Source: Bacteriovoracia bacterium
GTDB lineage: Bacteria; Bdellovibrionota; UBA1018; JBFWNL01
Reading direction: 5' to 3'
DNA length: 64,000 nucleotides
NCBI GenBank assembly: GCA_050251055.1
Contig: JBFWNL010000005.1
Coordinates: 1-64,000 of the forward strand
The notes beneath the pieces were generated by a model. It was not told the origin of the DNA, made no database searches, and saw nothing but the letters and a program-made list of their open reading frames with translations. This document shows positions 9,787 through 18,279 of this stretch, in pieces (position 1 is the stretch's first letter; each line of letters opens with the position of its first letter). The position numbers were made by a program, and so were the translations under genes.

Positions 9787-10853
9787 TGGTGGTAAAGATC
9801 TACGAGCGCGATTCGGCGATGCCGGCGATCCACAAGATCGATCACTTTCCTTGCTCGATCGGGCGATCGATGCGCAACGGGATCGTGCTCGCGCATGCGA
9901 GTGTTTCCAAGGAACACGCCCGGGTCGAGCTTCGATCGGAAGGGATTTTTCTAGTCGATGTGTCCCGGACGAATGGGATTTTGTTACACGGACAGAAGGT
10001 TTCGGAAGTTTCCCTCGAGCGTGATACCACCGTCTACTTTGGCGGCGTCCGGCTGGACTTCATCGTGGACGAGGCCGCGCTGGAGCCCACGCACGACATT
10101 GTGCTGCCGGCCACGCCGGAAATGTATTCGGCTCCTCCACGCCCCGCTCGCGTCGAGCCCCCGACGGCCCGCCTCGCGTTGCATCTGGCGTATCGCTTTT
10201 CCTGGCGGAACTGGCTGGGGCTGGGCGCGGCTCTCGCCTTAATGCTCGTCGCCTTCGGCCTTGATTATTTTTCCAGTCCCTACGAAAGCCAGTGGGGAGA
10301 TCTCGTGGTAACCGGGATCATGACCTATCTAGTCAGCGCAATCGCCGCCTTCGGGGTCGCGATTTTCTCGAAGATTCACGTGAAACGGTATCAGTTCGTG
10401 AAGATCTGGGCCTGGGTCACCTTGGGGTTGGCCGCTTTCGAGATGGTTTCGATCTTTCGGAGCTTCGTGCTTTTCAATCTACCGGAGCCTTTTTTACAGC
10501 GGTTTGTCGGCTATTTGACCGTGTTCCTGATCCTCTCGGTCGTGCTCAACGGGTTGGCGGGTTTGCTCTTTGCGGAGGTGGCGCGCGAACGGAGACGGGC
10601 GATCGTGATGGCGGTTTGCGGTCTGATCGTGGGCTTGGGCGTGCTAGTACGGAACCTCAGTCAGTTGGATGAGGCGCAGTTCGAATATTATGGCGCGATT
10701 AGCGTGCCGATCTGGGGATATACTTCCGAAAAGCTAGCATTGCCGCATGCCCTGGAAGCGCTGGATGCGAGTGTCGGACGCCTGCAGACAAACCGGAAAA
10801 AAACCGAAGATGAGTCGCCGCCCGAGAAGCCGAGCGAAGGACCAAAGTCTTAG
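9783..10853 (+). CDS. FHA-domain membrane protein
   Basis: IGRS, VSKEHA, TNG FHA motifs followed by about 5 TM segments; GTGA overlap with the protease. Confidence 0.85.
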   Translation: MMVVKIYERDSAMPAIHKIDHFPCSIGRSMRNGIVLAHASVSKEHARVELRSEGIFLVDVSRTNGILLHGQKVSEVSLERDTTVYFGGVRLDFIVDEAALEPTHDIVLPATPEMYSAPPRPARVEPPTARLALHLAYRFSWRNWLGLGAALALMLVAFGLDYFSSPYESQWGDLVVTGIMTYLVSAIAAFGVAIFSKIHVKRYQFVKIWAWVTLGLAAFEMVSIFRSFVLFNLPEPFLQRFVGYLTVFLILSVVLNGLAGLLFAEVARERRRAIVMAVCGLIVGLGVLVRNLSQLDEAQFEYYGAISVPIWGYTSEKLALPHALEALDASVGRLQTNRKKTEDESPPEKPSEGPKS

Positions 10854-11479
10854 AAGGCCACGGCCGAGAGACCTAACCCGATATCGCCGAAGGCCGCATC
10901 GGCGCCTTGGAACGCGGAGCCTAATCCGAATTTCACCCATAACCCGAATCCGAGGGCAAAGTGCGGGCTAACCGGAAAAAAGGTATCGCTGCCGACATAG
11001 ATCCCGAAAAAGCTCTTTGATTGGGAGCCGAAGTTGATCGTAAGGTCGCCGGAGAAGTCAGAAAGGGGGAGCGCGTAGTAGGCGCCGATGTGGGTGTGGC
11101 TCCGCGATGCTCCGCCAAACATGGATTTTCCCGGCGAGAAGGTAAACGCGAGCGGAATATCGAGATAGCCGGCGCCGCTGCTCAGCCCATTGACGGAAAG
11201 CGCGCGGCGCGTGAATTGGGCGCCGGTCAAAATCCCCACGTTTTGCGTGAAGTAATAGCTGTAGGTAGCCCCGCCCAGGAAGCTTTGCGTCCAATCGCTA
11301 TTCGTGTCCTTTGCGCGGGAGAGGAGGTTCAGGCCGACGTTCATCGTGACGAACGAGCCTTGGAATTCGCTGAAGCCTTCGACGATGGGTTTGCTTTCTT
11401 CGCTCGGCTCGGGAGCCCGGGTGGCGGCAAAAGCGGACGTGGAAGCGCAAAGAACCAGGCAGAGGATTGTTTTCTTCAT
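10850..11479 (-). CDS. Outer-membrane beta-barrel protein (porin-like)
   Basis: Signal peptide, alternating beta-strand pattern, YLDIPL, C-terminal Phe. Confidence 0.7.
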   Translation of the reverse strand: MKKTILCLVLCASTSAFAATRAPEPSEESKPIVEGFSEFQGSFVTMNVGLNLLSRAKDTNSDWTQSFLGGATYSYYFTQNVGILTGAQFTRRALSVNGLSSGAGYLDIPLAFTFSPGKSMFGGASRSHTHIGAYYALPLSDFSGDLTINFGSQSKSFFGIYVGSDTFFPVSPHFALGFGLWVKFGLGSAFQGADAAFGDIGLGLSAVAF

Positions 11480-11575
11480 GGGCGGTAATTTAAGCGCAGT
11501 GCGTTATGCTGTCAACGGAAAGAATTTTCCGGGGCACAGGTATTTTCCGTCAGTCTGGCGGAGCTTGTGGGTTCG

Positions 11576-12394
11576 TTAGGGTTTACGCTGATTGGCCGCG
11601 CGTTCCGCGTCGGAGGTCGCCCAATCGGAGGTTTTCTGGCGGTATTTCCGCTCCACGATGAGGAAGATGTTTTCCGTCAACCCGATACGCGAAAAGTAGT
11701 CCTCGGGGTCGGTTGAACCCATAGGGTTAAACCCCGGTCCCTTGGCGCCGAACTGCAGCTCCTTCTTGGCCTCGCCGCCGACGGCGTTGTCGTTACCGCC
11801 AAACAATCCCGCGAAGGGATTTCCGCTTCCGCCCGCCGCCGCGGGTGCTCGCGCGGCACCGCTGCCTTGGGAGTACACGCCTTCTCCGCCCTGGTTGCCG
11901 AGGAATTCGGCTCCACCCGGGGCGGGGACCGTGGCGCCCGGTCCGTTAAAAGCGCCGAAGTTCATTCCGGGCGCGGTTACGCCGCCGCCCGCGCCGCCAC
12001 CGGTTCTCCCGCTCGGAGTCGTACCGGCGCCGGGGCTCGCGCCCCGTTCGTTGTCTTGATTTCCACTACCGATGCCCTTGGGCGCGCGTCCGGCGAGGCT
12101 GACCGGTTGATCGCCCGCTTTGATGGCGCTGGATTTGGAGAGTTCTTTGTCGGCCGCGCCGAAGGCGCCGGCGATCGAGCGCGCGACGCCCGAACCGGCC
12201 GCGTTCGCGGCCGCGAGATCGGAGGAGTTATCGAAAACGCGGTCGTGCTTTTCCGGAGGATACTGCACGGTCATGGCACCGCCGCCCCCGCCGCCCCCGC
12301 ATCCCGTGGCAAGCGCGAGATAAGTCGGGAAGAGCACCCCGAACGCGCGGGAAACCAACCGAGAATTCGGTTTACGTTTTTTCATTGGCGGCAT
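11576..12394 (-). CDS. Gly-rich putative lipoprotein, hypothetical
   Basis: LALATGC lipobox-like motif, Gly/Ala-rich linker, C-terminal ENIFLIVERKY motif. Confidence 0.6.
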   Translation of the reverse strand: MPPMKKRKPNSRLVSRAFGVLFPTYLALATGCGGGGGGGAMTVQYPPEKHDRVFDNSSDLAAANAAGSGVARSIAGAFGAADKELSKSSAIKAGDQPVSLAGRAPKGIGSGNQDNERGASPGAGTTPSGRTGGGAGGGVTAPGMNFGAFNGPGATVPAPGGAEFLGNQGGEGVYSQGSGAARAPAAAGGSGNPFAGLFGGNDNAVGGEAKKELQFGAKGPGFNPMGSTDPEDYFSRIGLTENIFLIVERKYRQKTSDWATSDAERAANQRKP

Positions 12395-13818
12395 TTCCCT
12401 TCTCCGAAGTGTTGCTTCTGGAATTCCGCGAATTGTCGTTCGTAGCCATTCGGTTTGTTGGCGTCGCGGTAAATGCTCGTGGCCACCCGCCCTTTGTTGC
12501 TTTCCGCGCAGCGTTTCCGCTTGCTGCGGCGACCGCTGGTGCAGACACGATTGCGGAGGATGTCCTTCGTTTCTTTTTCGATCTTCGGCTCAGCCGTGTG
12601 CGCCCACCATTGAGCGTAGGGCGAATCGTGGGTGCCTGGATTGCTGAACATGACGTTGTCGTAGTGCGTCCCGGCCCGGGCATACACTTCGGCGATGGCG
12701 AGGTAACCCATCATGTAGGTGAGGCTCATCCCCGCCATGCGGGTATAACAGGCGCTCATGAACGACTGGCGGACGTCGACGTCCATGCCGTTTTTCTCCA
12801 TGGTTTTCTCCGCCATCGCGGCGGCGTCCGGAGCCATGGGATCGATCTCGCCACAAAGCTTGAAGATCTCCGCCTGCTTTGTTTCGTTCATATCCTTGGT
12901 GTCGCACTGGTTGAAGAAGCCCACCGGATTGCGCGGGGTCACCCACTGGCCGATCGCGCTGTCGTATACCTTGTCGAGCTGGACCTTGCTTGCGCCTTCG
13001 CCTTTTTGTCCCGGCCGCTTGTAGAAAGTCATGATTTGACGAGCCATGGCCTTGTTTTGCGGACTGACGCGAAGCTTGCCTTCACGGAGCTCACGGGTCA
13101 CTTGATCCAGGTGACAGCGCATGGCATCCACGCGCGCGCCGTTGTGGATCGCGAACTCCTTGCTGCCGACGCCGCGGTCGAGATCCATGACGAGGCCATC
13201 ATTGGAAATCTGCATCAGATTGGTATTGTCGGAAGCGCATGAGCTGCGCGGGCTTTCGCCGGGCTTGCTGAGGTTGCATACGCTCTGCACGACGCCGCCT
13301 TGCAGGTCGCCTGATATTGGCTTGCCGATGGGGCGCTCGGGATTCGTCGTCTGTCGCCAGTCGACGTTGATGCCCTGGTACATATACTTAATTTTCATTT
13401 CTATGTTTTCTTTGAGCTTGGCGATGATGCGAGACTTGGCGCCTTTATCGCCTTCGCACTGGTCGAGACCGAAGGTGCAGTCCTGGCGTGAGGCGGGTTT
13501 TCGTCCCGTCACGGGATCGACTTTGTCGCAAGGCACGTCGACGACGACATCGGTGAAGTGGAGTTGGCGGTCCGAAGTAATCCCGGGACGAATGCCATTG
13601 GTGAAGCGTGGCGTACCGATGCCGTTTCCGCCTTCACTAGGATCGATTGGCTTAACTTCGGTTGGCGTGAGATCGCTCGAGAGGTCGCCGGCGGTAGGGT
13701 TGAGATTGCCAGAACTGCCGGGATCGACGGCCGCGAGTTGATCATCGCCTCCGGCACCCGTCGGAGCCGTGAGGGTGAGAAAGCAAACGGCCGCAGCCAA
13801 ACTCAAGAATCGAGACAT
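12382..13818 (-). CDS. Secreted Cys-rich hypothetical protein
   Basis: ATG 13818 after a GGGGGA RBS; signal peptide; many Cys; overlaps the next gene. Confidence 0.7.
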   Translation of the reverse strand: MSRFLSLAAAVCFLTLTAPTGAGGDDQLAAVDPGSSGNLNPTAGDLSSDLTPTEVKPIDPSEGGNGIGTPRFTNGIRPGITSDRQLHFTDVVVDVPCDKVDPVTGRKPASRQDCTFGLDQCEGDKGAKSRIIAKLKENIEMKIKYMYQGINVDWRQTTNPERPIGKPISGDLQGGVVQSVCNLSKPGESPRSSCASDNTNLMQISNDGLVMDLDRGVGSKEFAIHNGARVDAMRCHLDQVTRELREGKLRVSPQNKAMARQIMTFYKRPGQKGEGASKVQLDKVYDSAIGQWVTPRNPVGFFNQCDTKDMNETKQAEIFKLCGEIDPMAPDAAAMAEKTMEKNGMDVDVRQSFMSACYTRMAGMSLTYMMGYLAIAEVYARAGTHYDNVMFSNPGTHDSPYAQWWAHTAEPKIEKETKDILRNRVCTSGRRSKRKRCAESNKGRVATSIYRDANKPNGYERQFAEFQKQHFGEGKCRQ

Positions 13819-13934
13819 ACAGTCCCCCTGTAAATCGTTCGGCCTGGATACCCCCTCCAGAAAACCCAAGCCGGCTTAATCCTGGTCGGTACTGTACAAT
13901 TTTAGAGGATTGCCCTATAGTTGACAATACTAAT

Positions 13935-14540
13935 ATGATTTTATCTGGGTCAAAATGGACACAGTTTCAAGGTCTTATGCTGGTGGCCTTATTTCACTTA
14001 GGGGCGAGCGGCTACGCTTTGGGCGCCGACGTGGAGTCCGCCAAATCGGCGCTCGACGAGTCTTACAACACTTATTTTACACGCCTTCTGGAGAGCCCGC
14101 GGCCGCTGACCCGTAATGAAGAGGTCCAGTTAAAGTCTGAGATCATCGATCCGCAGGCGCGCAGTTACAGCGAGGCGGTAGATGCGAACGTAGCGAGAAT
14201 GCTCGGGCGATACGGCATCAATCTCGTGCGCGGTAAGCCGGATCGAAAGTACCTGCAGGAAGAGCCTTACAAGGCGAGCGCGATTTCCCCCGTGGTCGAC
14301 GACGATCCGGAAGGAAAGAAGGAGCTCGAAGAATCCTTCGCGGAGTTCGACCGCTGGAAGAGTCGTTTGGTCGGAGGCGGAGCCAAAACTGATGGTTCCG
14401 GGTACGCGAAATCATCGGGCGCTCAGCGCTCCGAAACCGGGTCCCAAGTGGTGGAGGCGCTCGATGGCAGCAATATCCCCCGCTACCTGGAGTTCGGTAA
14501 GAAAACCGACCGGGCCCCGGCGGGCCAAGCCAAGAAATAA
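13935..14540 (+). CDS. Secreted hypothetical protein
   Basis: Signal-like N-terminus; divergent from the 13818 gene; no recognisable motif. Confidence 0.55.
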   Translation: MILSGSKWTQFQGLMLVALFHLGASGYALGADVESAKSALDESYNTYFTRLLESPRPLTRNEEVQLKSEIIDPQARSYSEAVDANVARMLGRYGINLVRGKPDRKYLQEEPYKASAISPVVDDDPEGKKELEESFAEFDRWKSRLVGGGAKTDGSGYAKSSGAQRSETGSQVVEALDGSNIPRYLEFGKKTDRAPAGQAKK

Positions 14541-14587
14541 GCAAGAAATCACCGGATTTTGGGGAACTTGTGGGGTATGAACGCCCC

Positions 14588-15157
14588 ATGGCACTCACTT
14601 ATTCGGTTTTGGAAGAATTGGGTAAACCGGCTCCCGCTTTTTCGTTGCGAGGTATCGCCCCGGATGGGGAAGTGAAGACGTATGATCTCACCTCGTTTCG
14701 GGAAGCGAAGGCGTTGGTGGTGATGTTCATGTGCAACCACTGCCCCTACGTGATCGCGGTGCAGGAGCGCATCAATCAGTTGGCGAAAGAATACGCCAGC
14801 CGTGGGGTGGCCCTGGTCGGAATCAATCCCAATGATTCGGTGAAGTATCCCGCCGATAATTTCGATGCCATGAAGGTCCGCTCCCGCGAGCAGGGCTTCG
14901 CGTTTCCCTACTTGCACGACGAAACTCAAGCCGTGGCCCGCGCTTACGGGGCGGTTTGTACGCCCGATCCCTATGTTTACGAGCAAGTCGGCGGCGAGTT
15001 CAAGCTGCGCTATCACGGACGCATTGACGACAACTGGAAAGAGCCCGCGCAGGTGCAGCAGCGTGAGCTCGCCACGGCGCTCGACGCGATCTTGGCCGGC
15101 CGGGTTCCGAACTCCGATCAGAAGCCCGCGATGGGCTGCAGTATCAAGTGGAAGTAG
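14588..15157 (+). CDS. Thioredoxin-family protein (AhpC/TSA, PRX-like1)
   Basis: CNHCPYV, FPYLHDETQ, GAVCTPD, YHGRIDD, GCSIKW. Confidence 0.92.
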   Translation: MALTYSVLEELGKPAPAFSLRGIAPDGEVKTYDLTSFREAKALVVMFMCNHCPYVIAVQERINQLAKEYASRGVALVGINPNDSVKYPADNFDAMKVRSREQGFAFPYLHDETQAVARAYGAVCTPDPYVYEQVGGEFKLRYHGRIDDNWKEPAQVQQRELATALDAILAGRVPNSDQKPAMGCSIKWK

Positions 15158-16286
15158 GCGTTCGCTTCAGCCAGCACATATCTCCGTTTTCGTGCCACTG
15201 ATAATTCAGGTCAGTGGCTTCACGATAGGCTTGTTTCAGGGTTTCTGGCGAGACGAAAGCTTGCAGGAGCTCAAGGTGTGAGCTGCCTGGCTCGTGCATG
15301 CCCGTGATGAGTTCATCCACCACCTGCAGGCGGTGTCGGGCGGTAATCCTGAGCGATGTTTCCCGGGAACCGGCAGCGATCGTTTCATCCTGCGCCGCGC
15401 TTTCCAAGGCCCGGGTGACCGTGGTGCCGAGCGCGATTACCGGGCGGCTGGCGCGTTTAGCGCGGAGGACGGCTTCCGCGACCGCGGGAGAAATCGTGTA
15501 GGACTCCGGTAGCGGCAGGCGGGCGTCCAGGAGGGGATCCCCGACGCTCGAGAGACCGGAAGCATGGGTGATCGCCGCGACTTCTACACCCTTCGCCTTG
15601 AGGGCGAGGAGGGTTCGCCAGTTGAAGGGGAAAGCCGCCGACGGTGCCTCCGCCGCTACGGGCGGGCCAGTGAATAGCGTCTGCGCGTCCCAGATCTCCA
15701 AATTCTCCGTACGGTGTGAATACTGGATGGGGCGGCCCATGCAATATAACGCGGACCAGATCGCTTCCGGGGTGCCGTCGAACTGTAAGGTGAAAAGCCT
15801 GGGACTGATGGGGGAGTGGCCGGTTACGTGGCCTCGGAGAAGGCACGAGTTTTCGTCGATCCCAATGCGCAGCTGATCACCCACGAGCAAGGTAGGTGGT
15901 GCGGGTCGATCCTCGGTGCGCGTCCGCCAATCGCCTTCGCCAAATGCCACGGCTTCCCAGCGTGCAACATTCGCTACCGGGCTACGCGTGTCGAGCCAGC
16001 TTAGATTGCGAATGAGTCTGATTTCAATGAGGCGCGCGCTGCGTACGTGGACGACCCGCAGGCTGGCGGGCAGGGTGGCGGCGTCGTTCACCACGAGCAG
16101 CTCGTGACCTGAAAATAAATCCGCTATTTCGGCGAATGCACGGTGTTGGATGGGGGGAACCCCCACTTCTTCCACCTTCATCAGGCGAGAAGACGCCAGT
16201 CGATGGTGGCTATCGAACGGGATAGGATCGGACCCACCGAACCGCGACGTGAACTCTGTTCCTTTCGTTTCCAGGGCGAGCTTCAT
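15144..16286 (-). CDS. QueA-like protein (divergent SAM:tRNA ribosyltransferase-isomerase family)
   Basis: LLVVNDAATLPA, VIALGTTVTRALES, LITGMHEPGSSHL, WHENGD; ATG 16286 overlaps the SDR stop (ATGA). Confidence 0.85.
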   Translation of the reverse strand: MKLALETKGTEFTSRFGGSDPIPFDSHHRLASSRLMKVEEVGVPPIQHRAFAEIADLFSGHELLVVNDAATLPASLRVVHVRSARLIEIRLIRNLSWLDTRSPVANVARWEAVAFGEGDWRTRTEDRPAPPTLLVGDQLRIGIDENSCLLRGHVTGHSPISPRLFTLQFDGTPEAIWSALYCMGRPIQYSHRTENLEIWDAQTLFTGPPVAAEAPSAAFPFNWRTLLALKAKGVEVAAITHASGLSSVGDPLLDARLPLPESYTISPAVAEAVLRAKRASRPVIALGTTVTRALESAAQDETIAAGSRETSLRITARHRLQVVDELITGMHEPGSSHLELLQAFVSPETLKQAYREATDLNYQWHENGDMCWLKRTPTST

Positions 16287-16954
16287 GGGGTTCCTTTCGG
16301 CAGCAAAGACTGCAGCCGGGCCCACAGCTCGCGGGCTGACGCGGCGGCGGATTTTAGCTGAGATTTATCCGCGTCGGGCACGGCCGCCGCATGCATGGGA
16401 GTATTCATTTCTCCGGGATCGAACTCCAGAAAGCTCACGCCCTGTGCGCCGAGTTCCGCTTGCCAGATTCGGCTCAGGTGGTCGGCCGCGGCTTTGCTGG
16501 CGCCGTAAAATCCCCATCCTGGGTACGCTTGGACGGCGGCGTCACTCGAGATCGTCAACACGGCGCCTGCGCCGCGCAGCAAGAGTCCGCCGATGAGCGC
16601 TTTGGTTAGGCGGTATGGACCCAGTAAATTGGTTTGTAGCACCGCCTCGAAATCCTCGCACTGGCCGTCGGCGAGCAGCCGTAGGGGGGTGGGGCCTAGG
16701 CTGCTTGCGTTGTGTACAAGCACGTCGATGCCTCCCAGCTTTGCTAAGGCCTCGTGGGCGATTTTGTAGGTATCGGTTTTTCGACCCACGTCGGCCGAGA
16801 TCGTTTGCAGACCCGGCAGTTCGCGCGCTAGCTCCGCCAATGGCCCGGAATTGCGAGCAACGACGCCCACGGTCCAGCCCGCGGCATGGGCTAGGCGCGC
16901 GAGCTCTCGTCCCAGTCCGGAGCTACCGCCAGTAATGAGTATTCGCTTCGACAT
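16283..16954 (-). CDS. Short-chain dehydrogenase/reductase
   Basis: ITGGSSGLG, NASSLG, ISS, YGASK, DPGEMNT; GGAGGA RBS. Confidence 0.92.
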   Translation of the reverse strand: MSKRILITGGSSGLGRELARLAHAAGWTVGVVARNSGPLAELARELPGLQTISADVGRKTDTYKIAHEALAKLGGIDVLVHNASSLGPTPLRLLADGQCEDFEAVLQTNLLGPYRLTKALIGGLLLRGAGAVLTISSDAAVQAYPGWGFYGASKAAADHLSRIWQAELGAQGVSFLEFDPGEMNTPMHAAAVPDADKSQLKSAAASARELWARLQSLLPKGTP

Positions 16955-16988
16955 AGATCCTCCTGAAGCCGAGGTTACTGCGGTTTGC

Positions 16989-17022
16989 TTGTCTATTGTC
17001 ATTTATGCTAATATATTGACTA
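16989..17022. promoter_or_regulatory. Overlapping divergent sigma70-like promoters; XRE gene probably leaderless
   Basis: + strand TTGTCT (16989-16994), 17 nt, TATATT (17012-17017), then ATG at 17023 with no RBS; - strand TAGTCA, 16 nt, GACAAT. Confidence 0.45.
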
Positions 17023-17610
17023 ATGGCTAATCCTTTGACGACCGTGCAGTCCGCCGAAAAACCCGAGCGGGCCCTCGCTAAAAATCTGGCTCACTTACGG
17101 GCGGCCCGCGGCCTGACCCAGCAAACCTTGGCCCAGCTCGCGGGAATTCCTCGATCGACGGTGACTCACATCGAGTCGGGCGTGGGTAATCCTTCGCTGG
17201 CGAATCTATGGCGATTGGCGGCTGCGCTCCAGGTAAGCATCGAGGAACTCTTGGCTCGGCCTCGTCCCCGGGTGAAACATGTGCGTCGGGAAGAGGTTCC
17301 GCGAATCAAGCGGGCTCAGGGAGCGGTTTGGATCAGTAAGCTGCTACCGGATCCGGTGCCCGGTATGGAGATGGACCGCATGGAGATCGAGCCGGGAGGA
17401 AGGATGGGGGGCGTGCCCCACCTCGCGGGCACGAAAGAATACCTTACTTGCGCCAGCGGTGAGGTGGTCTTGCGGGTGGCGGGGGATTCCTATCGGCTCA
17501 AGCCCGGGGACGTGGTGGCATTTCCTGGCGACCAAGCGCACGCCTACGAGAACCCTGGCCGTAGCTTAGCCGTGTGCTTTAGCGTAGTCGCCTTAGCGCC
17601 CCGAGTTTGA
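17023..17610 (+). CDS. XRE-family HTH + cupin transcriptional regulator (PuuR/SutR-like)
   Basis: LTQQTLAQLAGIPRSTVTHIESGVGNPS HTH; PH..GTKEY, GD...F.GDQAHAY cupin. Confidence 0.92.
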   Translation: MANPLTTVQSAEKPERALAKNLAHLRAARGLTQQTLAQLAGIPRSTVTHIESGVGNPSLANLWRLAAALQVSIEELLARPRPRVKHVRREEVPRIKRAQGAVWISKLLPDPVPGMEMDRMEIEPGGRMGGVPHLAGTKEYLTCASGEVVLRVAGDSYRLKPGDVVAFPGDQAHAYENPGRSLAVCFSVVALAPRV

Positions 17611-17637
17611 GGTCGGTCGGATTTTTTTTCGCGAGGT

Positions 17638-18174
17638 TTACTTACGCGCGCGACAGAGCGTGACGGCGGCGGTCGGCGTCAAGCGGTAGGTCGTGCTCGC
17701 AGTGCGATAGCAATTCACCGGTCCGGTAGAGCTATTCGTGCTGCGGCAAAGCTCCATCGCCGTGCCTTCATCGATACGATTCGTTTCCGTAGCGTAGCGA
17801 TAGCAATTCACGGGGTCGGAGCTGGAAATCGTCTTGTAGCAAAGTTCGAGAGCCTGCGCGGCGCCCATCCGTAACACACGGGAGGCTTCGCGGTAGCAGT
17901 TCGCCGGAGCGGTGTCGGTGTCCGAGCGATTGCACAACGCGAGCGCGGTACCGCGGTCGATGCCGATCGTCAGCGTCGAGTAGCGATAGCAGTTCACGGG
18001 GCCGGTGTCGGATTCCGTTTCGGAACAAAGGTTGATGGATTCATCCATGGCAAGCTTGTTCGTGAGGTGCGCATAGCGGAAGCAGTTGATCGGCTCGCTC
18101 CCGGAGGCAGCAAAAGCCGATGCTCCGAGGCTCAAGACCATGGCGCACACAAAACCAATAGCGATGTGTTTCAT
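17638..18174 (-). CDS. Secreted protein of five 31-aa Cys repeats
   Basis: Signal peptide, then PxNC[YF]R-x16-LC repeated five times. Confidence 0.8.
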   Translation of the reverse strand: MKHIAIGFVCAMVLSLGASAFAASGSEPINCFRYAHLTNKLAMDESINLCSETESDTGPVNCYRYSTLTIGIDRGTALALCNRSDTDTAPANCYREASRVLRMGAAQALELCYKTISSSDPVNCYRYATETNRIDEGTAMELCRSTNSSTGPVNCYRTASTTYRLTPTAAVTLCRARK

Positions 18175-18279
18175 TACAAATTCCCCCTTAGTATTCCCTA
18201 GTTGCGGATATAGAGGAATTGCTCGTGAGCGGCAAGAGAAATAGCCCATAGTATGGTCGCGTCAAGATGGAGTCGTGCG

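Noticed and set aside
17660-18100. Regularly spaced DNA repeats (93-nt period) considered as a CRISPR array
   Set aside because: The repeats are degenerate at third codon positions and encode protein repeats; no cas genes are present.
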